From Bryobacterales bacterium (GTDB lineage: Bacteria; Acidobacteriota; Terriglobia; Bryobacterales; UBA6623): a stretch of 64,000 bases of DNA. The notes below the pieces were generated by a model, which did no database searches, was not told the DNA's origin, and worked only from the letters and a program-made list of their open reading frames with translations. The stretch lies in the NCBI GenBank assembly GCA_028819255.1, contig JAPPMB010000164.1, positions 6,109-70,108 on the forward strand. The letters are read 5' to 3'. The translations under genes and the position numbers were made by a program. Shown piece by piece: positions 27,753-37,508 of the stretch (positions within the stretch are counted from its first letter, which is position 1; the number at the start of each line of letters is the position of its first letter).

Positions 27753-29918
27753 TTGGCCCGGTTCAAGGATGCCCAGACGATTCTCGCCGCCGCAGAGACT
27801 TGGAAGCGGCGTTGCCTGATCGGTGGGCAATCGCTGTTCACCGAGGAGCCTTGGTGGACTCGGAGGAATTTCGAGGAGCTCAGGCGACTGTATGTGGACC
27901 GCCCGATCGAGACTTCGGAGACCTTTCTGGTGAAGCTGAAGCGTCAACTTGACCCGGGGCCCAAGGACCTCAGCTGCCTTTGGGCTGAGATGGAGTGGGT
28001 GTACCGTCTGATCGCGCAGCCTTCGTCAATGCTTCCAGAGACCAAGCGAAAGAGGATTCGAGAGATCTGGAGTTGGTCAGGGAGGGAATTCCCCGGAGAC
28101 CACAAACTCTTGGCGGACAACGTGCTTGGGTCCGGCGTGGCCCACCCGGGCACAAGTTTCCACACTCGCGGATGGGAAGAGTACCGCTTCTTCGTGGCTG
28201 CAATGCTCGAATGGTTCTCGCTGGACGGGGACCGCCGGCGATCCCTGTCGCAGGGACCGTGGGAGTTCGCTTCGTGGCTGGACTCGACCCAATTCGCCAA
28301 GGGCCGCATGTTTCGGCATGCCCTTCTCTTCCTGATCTTCCCGGAAAGCTTCGAGTCCATCGTCTCGAGCAAGACGAAGAAGGATACCGCTTGGCACTTC
28401 GGTCATTACGATGCCAAGGATGGCGGCCCTACGGACGAGGCCCTCTTGGACATCCGAATACGCTTGGAGAGGGAGTCGGGCGATCAGGAGGTGCGCTTCG
28501 ACCAGCCCCCGTACAACGAATTCGTCAGCCAAAAAAAGGCGGAGGTGTGGTTCCGGGACCGATTCGGCCAAAAGAACTGCTGGCAGATGAATATGAACGT
28601 GGTCGGAGAGTACATGTGGCCTAGCGTCGCGGAGGACGGTGTGGCGTCGATCGGATGGGACCGATTCGGTGACCTCCGCAGATCGAAGGACGACATCAGG
28701 CGGGAGCTCATTTCGAGGGGTTACGGCCCCAATCCGAACAACCGGACCCTATTCCTGTGGGAGTTCGCCAACAAGATGAATGTCGGCGACATCGTGGTAG
28801 CCACCCTCAAGGGCGAGTGGCTCGTCGGTTGGGGACGGGTAACCGGCGACTACCGGAATGATTCTGAAGGAGGGCGTTTTCGCGTCCACACACGGGCGGT
28901 TGACTGGCACGTCTGCGACGTCAAGCTCCAAGCATTCGGAGCCGCCGCCGTCAAGCGCCTCACGTCCTACAACACTTATTTCTGGTGGATCCGCTCTTCC
29001 TTCTGGCTGATGCGCGACCGCGCGAAACCGCTTCCAGCCCCGTACGGTCCTGACCAGGCCCACGAAGACCTTTTCATCCCCCGCCCCGACTTCGACCGCA
29101 TCCTCGCCTCCATCAAGTCCGGAAAGAACCTTATCCTCCAAGGTCCGCCAGGCACGGGGAAGACGTTCATGGCTCGCCGAATCGCCTGGTGCCTGATTGG
29201 CCGCAAGGAGAACAGCTCCATCGAAATGGTCCAGTTCCACCAGTCGTACGCTTACGAGGATTTCGTCCAAGGGTACCGGCCCACCGGCAACGGAGGCTTC
29301 GAGCTCAAGGACGGCGTGTTCCACAGGTTCTGCGAGCGGGCGCGGGACAACCCGGACACCCCTCACGTGTTCATCGTTGACGAGATCAACCGCGGTAATC
29401 TCTCCCGGATCTTCGGCGAACTTCTCATGCTGATCGAGCGCGACAAGCGAAGCCGGGACTATGCCGTCGCGTTGACCTATTCCGACCGGCGGTTCCATGT
29501 CCCGGCCAACGTCTTCATCCTCGGCATGATGAACACCGCCGACCGGTCGCTGGCCATGGTGGACTATGCACTTCGTCGGCGATTCGCCTTCCAGACACTC
29601 GAGCCCGCCTATGAGAAGGACGACAGCCGTGCGGCGTTTGAGAGCTTTCTGTCAAGGAGCGGCGCGGACCCGGCCCTGGCTGCCCTCATTGCCGACCGGA
29701 TGCGCAAGCTCAACCAGAAGATCAGTAACGACAGCGAACTCGGGAGCGGCTTCCAGATCGGTCACAGCTACTTCGTTCCCAGCGAAGGCGACGAGCCATC
29801 GAGAGACTGGTACAAGCACGTCGTTGACACGCAGATCGCGCCGCTTCTCCGCGAATACTGGTTCGATTCGCCTGAAGATGTCGAGAACAAGGTGACTGAT
29901 CTTAAAGCCGGCGTCTGA
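27753..29918 (+). CDS. mcrB: McrB-family AAA+ GTPase (restriction system motor/specificity subunit) with ~435-aa N-terminal extension
   Basis: TTG 27753 is preceded by AAAGGAGA. LILQGPPGTGKTF, VQFHQSYAYEDFVQGYRP, FIVDEINRGNLSRIFGELLMLIE, ILGMMNTADRSLAMVDYALRRRFAF. Confidence 0.9.
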   Translation: MARFKDAQTILAAAETWKRRCLIGGQSLFTEEPWWTRRNFEELRRLYVDRPIETSETFLVKLKRQLDPGPKDLSCLWAEMEWVYRLIAQPSSMLPETKRKRIREIWSWSGREFPGDHKLLADNVLGSGVAHPGTSFHTRGWEEYRFFVAAMLEWFSLDGDRRRSLSQGPWEFASWLDSTQFAKGRMFRHALLFLIFPESFESIVSSKTKKDTAWHFGHYDAKDGGPTDEALLDIRIRLERESGDQEVRFDQPPYNEFVSQKKAEVWFRDRFGQKNCWQMNMNVVGEYMWPSVAEDGVASIGWDRFGDLRRSKDDIRRELISRGYGPNPNNRTLFLWEFANKMNVGDIVVATLKGEWLVGWGRVTGDYRNDSEGGRFRVHTRAVDWHVCDVKLQAFGAAAVKRLTSYNTYFWWIRSSFWLMRDRAKPLPAPYGPDQAHEDLFIPRPDFDRILASIKSGKNLILQGPPGTGKTFMARRIAWCLIGRKENSSIEMVQFHQSYAYEDFVQGYRPTGNGGFELKDGVFHRFCERARDNPDTPHVFIVDEINRGNLSRIFGELLMLIERDKRSRDYAVALTYSDRRFHVPANVFILGMMNTADRSLAMVDYALRRRFAFQTLEPAYEKDDSRAAFESFLSRSGADPALAALIADRMRKLNQKISNDSELGSGFQIGHSYFVPSEGDEPSRDWYKHVVDTQIAPLLREYWFDSPEDVENKVTDLKAGV

Positions 29919-29920
29919 TC

Positions 29921-30994
29921 TTGCAGAACATTCCGATCCTCAACATCTATTACCTCCTCTGTTACGCCTGGGGCCGCGTTCAGGAAAAGGACGTAACGCG
30001 GGTCGACACAATCGGCCGACTCTCATCGGTGCAGGAACTGCTCGGCAAGGTGTTGGCCGGCGGCGTCAACCACCTCTTCAGGCGCGGAATCGACCGCGGA
30101 TACGTCGAGAGGCGGGAGGAGCTCGCCGGCATTCGCGGGAGACTGGCGGTCAGCGAAACGGCGAAGCGCGCTCTGCGATCGCGCGGACGTGCCGCTTGCG
30201 ACTTCGAGGAACTGTCGATAGACATTCTGCAGAACCGGATCCTGCGCACCTCGCTGCATCGGCTATTGGACCAGCGGGCCGGGCTGCAGAGGGATGTCCA
30301 CCGCCATGTACGCTCGGCCTACAGGAGGCTTGGCAGCGTTTCGCGGACGCGGCTCACTCGGAACACCTTCGGCCAGATCCAGCTCGGCGCCAACCGGCGG
30401 CTCTATCACTTCCTGCTCTCAGTGTGCAAGCTTCTCTACGAGAGCTCGCTGGTCGACGAGAACACCGGCCACATGGTCTTCCGCGATTTCCGACGGGACG
30501 AGGCAACCATGTGGGCGCTCTTTGAGGATTTCGTCAGGGGATTCTACGATCGCGAGCAGAACGTCTATCAGGTGAATCCGGGAGGTCGCCGCATCAGGTG
30601 GGCGGAGCGCGGAGCCGAGACCGCGACAGACCTAGAGCGGATCCCAGTCATGGAAGCAGACGTGATCCTCGATTCGGGCACGCGCCGAATCATCCTTGAC
30701 ACCAAGTATTACCAGGAAGCGCTTGCGCACGGTCGCGGTGCCGGAAACGGTAAGCTGGATTCCAACAATCTCTACCAGCTTCTCGCATACCTGCGCAACC
30801 GTCAGGCCACAGTGCCGGAAGGGCCCAGGCACGAGGGCATCCTGCTCTATCCCCAGGTCCGCAGCAAGCTCAGGGCCGACATCCGTCTTGAAGGGTTTCG
30901 CATCCAGGCCCGGACCGTCGACCTAGACCAGGAATGGCAGGAAATTCATCAGGAGCTGATGGAGACCGTCGGGCTATCCGGCTCTACGGCATAG
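29921..30994 (+). CDS. mcrC: McrC-family PD-(D/E)xK nuclease subunit
   Basis: Starts 2 nt after the mcrB stop (TTG). N-terminus IPILNIYYLLCYAW. Nuclease core MEADVILDSGTRRIILDTKYYQEAL and LYQLLAYL. Confidence 0.8.
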   Translation: MQNIPILNIYYLLCYAWGRVQEKDVTRVDTIGRLSSVQELLGKVLAGGVNHLFRRGIDRGYVERREELAGIRGRLAVSETAKRALRSRGRAACDFEELSIDILQNRILRTSLHRLLDQRAGLQRDVHRHVRSAYRRLGSVSRTRLTRNTFGQIQLGANRRLYHFLLSVCKLLYESSLVDENTGHMVFRDFRRDEATMWALFEDFVRGFYDREQNVYQVNPGGRRIRWAERGAETATDLERIPVMEADVILDSGTRRIILDTKYYQEALAHGRGAGNGKLDSNNLYQLLAYLRNRQATVPEGPRHEGILLYPQVRSKLRADIRLEGFRIQARTVDLDQEWQEIHQELMETVGLSGSTA

Positions 30995-31155
30995 TCCATG
31001 TTGCCGCGTTCCGCCGGACGGGCTGGCGCGGACGAGTCAGGGCCAGGCCGTCCCATCCTAACCCACGTCAAGCCGTCCGTGGCTCGGGCTTCGGGCAGTC
31101 CCAGGCCGCGGTCCCGCTAGGAACGGGATCCGGTTTGGACTGTTAAGCTGATGAC

Positions 31156-32124
31156 GTGATGAAGAAGGTTCTGCTGCCGACAGTCCTGCTCGCTCTCGCC
31201 TGTGCCTACGGCCAGCCGGCCGTCACGGAAGCCGATGTCGACGCATGGATGGAATCGCTCTCGAACTGGGGGCGCTGGGGCGAGGACGACCAGAAAGGCG
31301 CGATCAACCTGATCACCCCGGAGACGCGCCTAGCCGCCGCGAAGCTCGTGACGAAAGGCATTTCGGTGTCTCTGGCCCGGGATGTCGAGAAGGATGAGGC
31401 CGTTGACAATCCGCGGCCGTTCAAGCACAGCATGCTCAATGTCGGGCTGAATAATCCGAGCCAGTTTGTCTCCGATGACTACCAGGTGAGCTATCACGGC
31501 TACGCCCACACGCACATGGATTCCCTCTGTCACATGGCATTCGAGGGCAAGATGTACAACGGATTCCCACAGGCTGAAGTCGTTGCCGAGGGTGCCCCGA
31601 GGCTCGCCGTGACGAACTTCAAGGAAGGGATCTTCGCACGCGCAGTTCTGATGGACATCCCCAGGCTGAAGGGCGTGGACTGGCTCGAGCCCGGGACCCC
31701 GATCTACCCTTCGGATCTGGACGCCTGGGAGAAGAAGGCGAACGTCGCGGTGCGAAGCGGTGACGTAGTCCTGATCCGCACCGGGCGCTGGGCAAAGCGG
31801 GACGCGGACGGCCCCTGGGACGTGTCCAGCAAGTCGGCCGGCCTCCACGCCTCCAGCGCCAAGTGGCTCAAGGATCGTGACGCGGCGATTCTGGGCAGCG
31901 ACGCGGCCAGCGACGTCTCGCCCTCGCTGGTGGATGGCGTGGGACAGCCAATTCACCAGCTGGTGATCATTGCGATGGGCATGCCGATCTTCGACAACCT
32001 CGATCTGGAGGCGGTCGCTGAGGAGGCAGCCCGCCAGAATCGCTGGGAGTTTCTACTGACCGCCGCGCCGATGGCGGTCGGCGGCGGGACCGGAAGCCCG
32101 TTCAATCCGATCGCGACCTTCTAG
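31156..32124 (+). CDS. cyclase family protein (kynurenine formamidase-like fold), secreted
   Basis: Signal peptide MMKKVLLPTVLLALACAYG. Metal motif context HGYAHTHMDSLCH. 322 aa. Confidence 0.75.
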   Translation: MMKKVLLPTVLLALACAYGQPAVTEADVDAWMESLSNWGRWGEDDQKGAINLITPETRLAAAKLVTKGISVSLARDVEKDEAVDNPRPFKHSMLNVGLNNPSQFVSDDYQVSYHGYAHTHMDSLCHMAFEGKMYNGFPQAEVVAEGAPRLAVTNFKEGIFARAVLMDIPRLKGVDWLEPGTPIYPSDLDAWEKKANVAVRSGDVVLIRTGRWAKRDADGPWDVSSKSAGLHASSAKWLKDRDAAILGSDAASDVSPSLVDGVGQPIHQLVIIAMGMPIFDNLDLEAVAEEAARQNRWEFLLTAAPMAVGGGTGSPFNPIATF

Positions 32125-32178
32125 CGACAGCCGGGAGGGACAGCCGGCGACTGCGCCGAAGGAGCTTCTTGTTCGATC

Positions 32179-33333
32179 ATGTGGACTCAGATGGGTATTG
32201 TTCGCCGCTTTGTGCGCCGTGCCGTCCAAGCATGCTTTCTGACCCTGCCGGTTGTTCTGCTGACGGCCGCGCAACCCTTGGCAGGGGCCGCTGACTGGCC
32301 GCTGTTTCTGGGGAACAGCAACCGAAACTCGATCGCCGAATCGGCGTTCGACCCTCCCCTCGAAGTTGCATGGGTGTATGACGCGCCCGGGGGCGTCGAC
32401 TCCAGCGCGATCATCGTCGACGGCACCGTCTATTTTGGCGAGATGGACGGTCGATTCCATGCGGTCGACCTCGAGACCGGGGAGGCCAGATGGGTCTACC
32501 AGGCGAATCTTGGCGTCCCGGCCTCGGGATGCGTCACCCAGGGGACGGTCTTCTTCGGTGACGAGGAAGGCTATTTCCACGCAGTGGACATTGAGACAGG
32601 GAAGCAGAAGTGGGTCTATCAGACCTTCGCGGAAATCCTGTCGTCGCCGCACTGCAGCGAGGACACGGTCCTGGTTAGCTCCTATGACACTCACCTCTAT
32701 GCCCTGCATCCGCAGACCGGAGAGCTCAAGTGGAAGTACCAGACGGATGATCGTGTGAATGCCAGCCCTGCGGTGGTCGGGGGCAAGACGTTCCTCACGG
32801 GCTGCGACGGAATGTTCCGAATCATCGATATCCGGACGGGTGAGGAAGACTCATTCGTGGACATGCAGGATTACGTGGCCGCCTCTCCTGCAGTGGTTGG
32901 CAGCTCGGCCTACGTTGGAACATTCGGCTACGAGGTGCTCAAGATCGACTGGGAAGGCGGGCGAGTGGACTGGCGCTACAGCCATCCAGTGACCGACTTC
33001 GAATTCTTCGCCTCGCCGGTCGTGCGGGACGGACTCGTCGTGATCGGCGGGCGCGACAAGCGCGTCCACGCGATTGACGATCAGACCGGCAAGCTCAAGT
33101 GGGACTTCGAGACCCGTTCCCGGGTGGACTCGTCTCCCCTTCTGGCAGGGGACGTGATCTGGGTGGGCTCGATGGACGGGAATCTCTACGCGCTCGATCA
33201 CAATAGAGGTTCGCTTCTGTGGAAGTTCGCGATCGGCGGCAGGATCGTGGCTTCGCCGGCCGTGGGTGGAGGCCGCCTGGTGATCGGCTCCCGGAGCGGC
33301 GAGGTCTACTGCTTTGCCCGCGCCGCCCAGTAG
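32179..33333 (+). CDS. PQQ-like beta-propeller repeat protein
   Basis: Repeated G.VY.G..DG.(F/L)(H/Y)A(V/L)D..TG..KW units (DGRFHAVDLETGEARW, EGYFHAVDIETGKQKW, THLYALHPQTGELKW, KRVHAIDDQTGKLKW, GNLYALDHNRGSLLW). Confidence 0.8.
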   Translation: MWTQMGIVRRFVRRAVQACFLTLPVVLLTAAQPLAGAADWPLFLGNSNRNSIAESAFDPPLEVAWVYDAPGGVDSSAIIVDGTVYFGEMDGRFHAVDLETGEARWVYQANLGVPASGCVTQGTVFFGDEEGYFHAVDIETGKQKWVYQTFAEILSSPHCSEDTVLVSSYDTHLYALHPQTGELKWKYQTDDRVNASPAVVGGKTFLTGCDGMFRIIDIRTGEEDSFVDMQDYVAASPAVVGSSAYVGTFGYEVLKIDWEGGRVDWRYSHPVTDFEFFASPVVRDGLVVIGGRDKRVHAIDDQTGKLKWDFETRSRVDSSPLLAGDVIWVGSMDGNLYALDHNRGSLLWKFAIGGRIVASPAVGGGRLVIGSRSGEVYCFARAAQ

Positions 33334-33615
33334 CCGGCCGGCGTCGAATTCAGACCGACGCGCCGTGTCCCGACCGCAAGGCCAAAGGTGCCGGATCTGC
33401 CGGGCTGGTTGTCTGCCACTGCACTGACCAGTCTTCCGACCAATAGGGGGGTGCCCCGCTTGAGTTCGCTGAGGAAACGCTGGAAATCGGGCGGCTTCAG
33501 CGAGCGGAGACTGGCCGCAGTTCTCCACGAATTCCCTCGCCGTCTCGACCTGATCCGACGTCACGTAGCCGCGCGAGAGCCCGTCGAGATGCATGCGCTG
33601 GTATAGTGAGCCCCC

Positions 33616-35016
33616 GTGAACAGGAGAGGTGCGATTCGAACCTTGGCTGCGGCTTCGGCGGGACCGTTCTTCGCGTTCGGCCGGACCAGACATGCCAATC
33701 TGCTATTCCTCTGCTCCGATCAGCACCAGGCCGCGGCGACGGGTTGCTACGGTCACCACCAGGCCTTGACGCCGCACATTGACGAGATCGCGTCCGAGGG
33801 GATCCGCTTTGAGCGGGCCTACTGCCAGGCTCCGGTGTGTGTGCCGTCCAGGGGCTCAATCATCACGGGAGACTATCCCAGCCGGCATGGCGCCAGGATC
33901 CTCGACGACCCCCTGCCCGAGGGGACGCGGACAGTCGCACATTTCTTCGGCGACCACGGCTATGCTACTGGAGCGATCGGCAAGATGCATTTCGTCGACG
34001 AGAGTCGCCGGCACGGCTTTGCCCATCGAGTGAACGCGGCAACATACCAGTCGCGGCTCACCCGTTCCGAGACCAGCGCCTTTCGGCAGGACCAGGGGGC
34101 CGGCGGAGGCACGACGGGACGGCCATCAGCCATGCCCGAGCGGCTGTTCCGCGACACCTTCTACTCCGAGGAGGCTGTGAGGTTTCTGCGCGAGAATCGC
34201 GACAGGCCGTTCTGCCTGTGGGCTTCGTTCTTCATGCCGCACACCCCTCTCGTACCCCACCAAAGGTACTGGGATCTGTACGACGGCGTGCAGCTCGATC
34301 TTCCGGATCGATCGCCGAACGCTCTGGAGACGGGATTCCACGGTCACCTGGTGCGTGCCAGGGAGAGGGGCTGGTACCAGCAGACCGACGAACAGCTTCA
34401 CGATGCGATTCGCGGGTACTACGGCAACGTCTCCCAGATGGACGCCAACGTCGGACGCGTGTTCGACACGCTGCGCGAACTGGATCTGGACAGGAAAACG
34501 GTCGTTGTCTACACCTCGGACCACGGCGAGATGGCCGGAGCGCATCGCATGTGGACGAAGCACAACATGTACGAGCAGTCCGTCCGGGTGCCGCTGATCG
34601 TTCGCACTCCGGATCGGCTGGGCGCTGGATCGGCTCAGCAGCAAATTGTCGAGCAGGCGGACCTGTTCCCCACACTGGCCGAGCTCTGCGGGTTTGACCC
34701 GCCGTCGGGAATCGACGGGCGCTCGATTGCACCGTCGGTGAGGGGAGAGGATCACCGCAGCCGCGAGTTCGCCTACTCGGAATACTATTTCTGTCGGCGT
34801 GTGTTCACTGCCAACAACCGGTTCGTCGGGCGGCCTCCGATCCTCATGGTGCGAACGAACCGGTGGAAGCTGAACTACCTGAGTTGGGAGCGCAGCGAGC
34901 TGTTTGACTTGGATAATGACCCCGGGGAGTTTCGCAATGCGATCGACGATCCGGGCAACTCAGGGATCGTGAGAGAGTTGGAGAAGATCGCCACCACGGC
35001 GGGCCATCTGGCATGA
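33616..35016 (+). CDS. sulfatase (formylglycine-dependent, Tat-type leader)
   Basis: MNRRGAIRTLAAASAG leader. NLLFLCSDQH. FGly motif CVPSRGSIITG. GKMHF. YTSDHGEM. Confidence 0.9.
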   Translation: MNRRGAIRTLAAASAGPFFAFGRTRHANLLFLCSDQHQAAATGCYGHHQALTPHIDEIASEGIRFERAYCQAPVCVPSRGSIITGDYPSRHGARILDDPLPEGTRTVAHFFGDHGYATGAIGKMHFVDESRRHGFAHRVNAATYQSRLTRSETSAFRQDQGAGGGTTGRPSAMPERLFRDTFYSEEAVRFLRENRDRPFCLWASFFMPHTPLVPHQRYWDLYDGVQLDLPDRSPNALETGFHGHLVRARERGWYQQTDEQLHDAIRGYYGNVSQMDANVGRVFDTLRELDLDRKTVVVYTSDHGEMAGAHRMWTKHNMYEQSVRVPLIVRTPDRLGAGSAQQQIVEQADLFPTLAELCGFDPPSGIDGRSIAPSVRGEDHRSREFAYSEYYFCRRVFTANNRFVGRPPILMVRTNRWKLNYLSWERSELFDLDNDPGEFRNAIDDPGNSGIVRELEKIATTAGHLA

Positions 35017-35049
35017 GCTCTGGGCGCGCGGTTGAGAATGTCAGGCTCG

Positions 35050-35380
35050 TCATCCGCCAGGAGGTGATCCGCGAGCCGCGGCCAGTGAGAGCCTTTGCAC
35101 GAACTCGCGAATCCGCGAGAGTGCTGGGTGGTTCCATTGCCAGATGTGTTTCTGGGCTGCAACACCTACCGAAACACCTGGATGTCGTGTTGTTGTGAAA
35201 TATGCGTTACCAAAGGCTCTGGCTGATTTCTCGAATTGGGAACCCCGCCTCGCAGGCCGCGCAATGGCAGCAGACCCGGCTGAGTTCGACCGGGCCGAGC
35301 GCGGTGGGGCAGGTCCTGGCGTAGCGGGCCGGCTGGCCGCAGGCACAAGGGAGATCGGGTCCCTGCCAGTCGAAGCCGTC
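35050..35380 (-). mobile_element. transposase relic (ISKra4-like zinc-ribbon segment), frameshifted
   Basis: Minus-strand fragment DLPCACGQPARYARTCPTALGPVELSRVCCHCAACEAGFPIRE resembles the CxxC...R.YY.C..C motif I recall from ISKra4-family transposase N-termini. It continues in another frame and has no intact ORF. Confidence 0.35.
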
Positions 35381-35430
35381 GGCATCGAGGTTGGAAGCCA
35401 GCCCCTGACAGGTTACGGTAATAGCCGGGA

Positions 35431-36977
35431 ATGGCTCGGAAGCTTCTGCCGATCGGCATCCAGACCTTGCGGAAGGTCCGCGAGAGGAACTGCTACTACG
35501 TGGACAAGACGGGCTTCGCCGTGCGGTTGGCGGAGGAAGGGACACACTACTTCCTGTCGCGTCCGCGGCGCTTCGGCAAGAGCCTGTTTCTCGACACGCT
35601 GGAGGAGCTGTTCGCGGGCAGCCGGGAGCTGTTCGCGGGGCTGCAGGCCCACGACCGCTGGGACTGGTCGGTGTAACACCCGGTCGTGCGGCTGAGCTTC
35701 GGCAGGGGGGACTTCCAGGAGCCCGGCTACCTGTGCGCGAACCTGGCGGCGCAGCTGGCCGCGATTGAGCGGCGCACGGCGACGGAGCGATGCGCGGACA
35801 CGGCTCCCGAGCGGCTCGCCCACCTGCTCGAGACCCAGCATGAGCGGAGCGGGCAGCGGGTTGCCGTGCTGGTCGACGAGTACGACAAGCCGATCCTGGA
35901 CGCGCTGGACGAAGAGCAGGTTGCGCGCGCCAATCGGGACTACCTGCGCGGCGTCTACGCGACGATCAAGGATTGCGACGGCCATGTCCGATTCTGCTTC
36001 CTCACCGGAGTGAGCAAGTTCTCCAAGGTAAGCCTGTTCTCCGGCCTCAACAATCTCATCGACATCACCCTGGACCCGTCCTACTCGTCGATCTGCGGCT
36101 TCACGGAGGAAGACCTCGGGACGGTGTTCGCGCCGGAGCTGGAGGGTCTGGACCGGGAGCGGGTGCGCGACTGGTACAACGGCTACAGCTGGGGCGGCGC
36201 GGAGAGGGTCTACAACCCCTTCGACGTGCTGCTCCTGTTGCGCAACCGCAAGTACAAGGCCTGGTGGTTCGAGACCGGCACCCCGACCTTTCTCGTCAGG
36301 ACGCTGGCGGAGCGCCAGGTCCACGCCGCCACATTGGAGGATGCGCTTGCCAGCGAGAAGCTGCTCGGGACGTTCGACGTGGGCAGGATCGCGACGGAGG
36401 CGCTGCTGTTCCAGACGGGCTATCTCACGGTGACAGGCGTCGAGACGGAGGAGGGGAGGGAGTTCTACCGGCTGGGCTACCCGAACCGGGAGGTGCGGGA
36501 GAGCCTGAACGAGAGCCTGCTGGACTATCTCACGGGGAACGCGTGGCGGCCGGAGGAGCACTGGGGCCCGCTGCGGCGGATTCTTCGGGAGGCGGACTTC
36601 GCGGGGCTGGCGGAGCGCATACGGGCGCTGTTCGCAGTGATCCCGCACGACTGGTACCGGCGCAGCGTGATCGATCGCTTCGAGGGGCACTACGCGAGCG
36701 TGATGTACGCCTACTTCGCGGCCCTTGGCCAGGACGTGAGAGCGGAGGACAGCGGGAGCCGGGGGAGGGCGGACCTGACGCTGCGTGCGGGAGGCCAGGT
36801 CTACGTGTTCGAGTTCAAGATAGTGGAGCGGGCAGGCACAGGGGGGCGATGGCGCAGCTGAGGGAGCGGGGCTACGCGGACAAGTACCGGCACCTGGGCG
36901 TTCCGATGCACTTGGTGGGGGTGGAGTTCAGCAAGCAGACGCGCAACGTCGAGAGGTTCGAGACGGAACTGGTGTGA
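35431..36977 (+). pseudogene. AAA-ATPase_like + PDDEXK_9 (DUF1703-type) gene with one in-frame TAA and one frameshift
   Basis: MARKLLPIGIQTLRKVRERNCYYVDKTGF...FLSRPRRFGKSLFLDTL...WDWSV-TAA(35674-35676)-HPVVRLSFG continues in the same frame to FEFKIVERAGTG. After the G6 run at 36841-36846 the conserved tail AMAQLRERGYADKYRHLGVPMHLVGVEFSKQTRNV is in another frame and ends at 36977. Confidence 0.75.
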
Positions 36978-37508
36978 GGCCAGGCACGCCCCTCGCCTCG
37001 ACGGCAGCCGACCGGCTTCTCGGAGGCGTTCCGCCAAGAGATCCGGGCAGCCACCATGCCGTTTCGAATGGAGCAATGAACTCTGCGGCTCCTTCGGGAG
37101 CCATTGGCGGCCGCATTCGATTCTGTGGTGCCGGAGTCCGGGACCGGATCCCTGCAGAGGGACCCTTCACAGCCCTATTGTCAACAGACGAGTGTTCGAG
37201 CGGGCCGTGACGAATAGCTGAGGAGCTGTCGACTGAGAATCATTCCAGTCCGGGCAGAGGGGTTTGACGAATATGTTCTTTACGGCAGGCTGTACTGGTT
37301 GTGGGTGTCGAGCTTGCCGCGGCCCTGCGTCCGGCCCGGATGGATCCAGCTCGTAGCGCAACAGACGGGGCCGAGTTAGGTCGTGTTCGGCGTGCGCCCC
37401 ACTCTGCGGGCTGCGGGTCGAGACCATAGAGGGCTGAACTCCTCTCTTGGACATCCCCGGGGTGCCTGCTGTTCACACTGCGCGAGGCGGCAATCCAATA
37501 ACCGGTCG

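Noticed and set aside
35413-36690. 425-aa minus-strand ORF opposite the AAA-ATPase/PDDEXK_9 locus.
   Set aside because: The plus strand carries the family motifs, and the minus ORF is Arg/Pro-rich filler.
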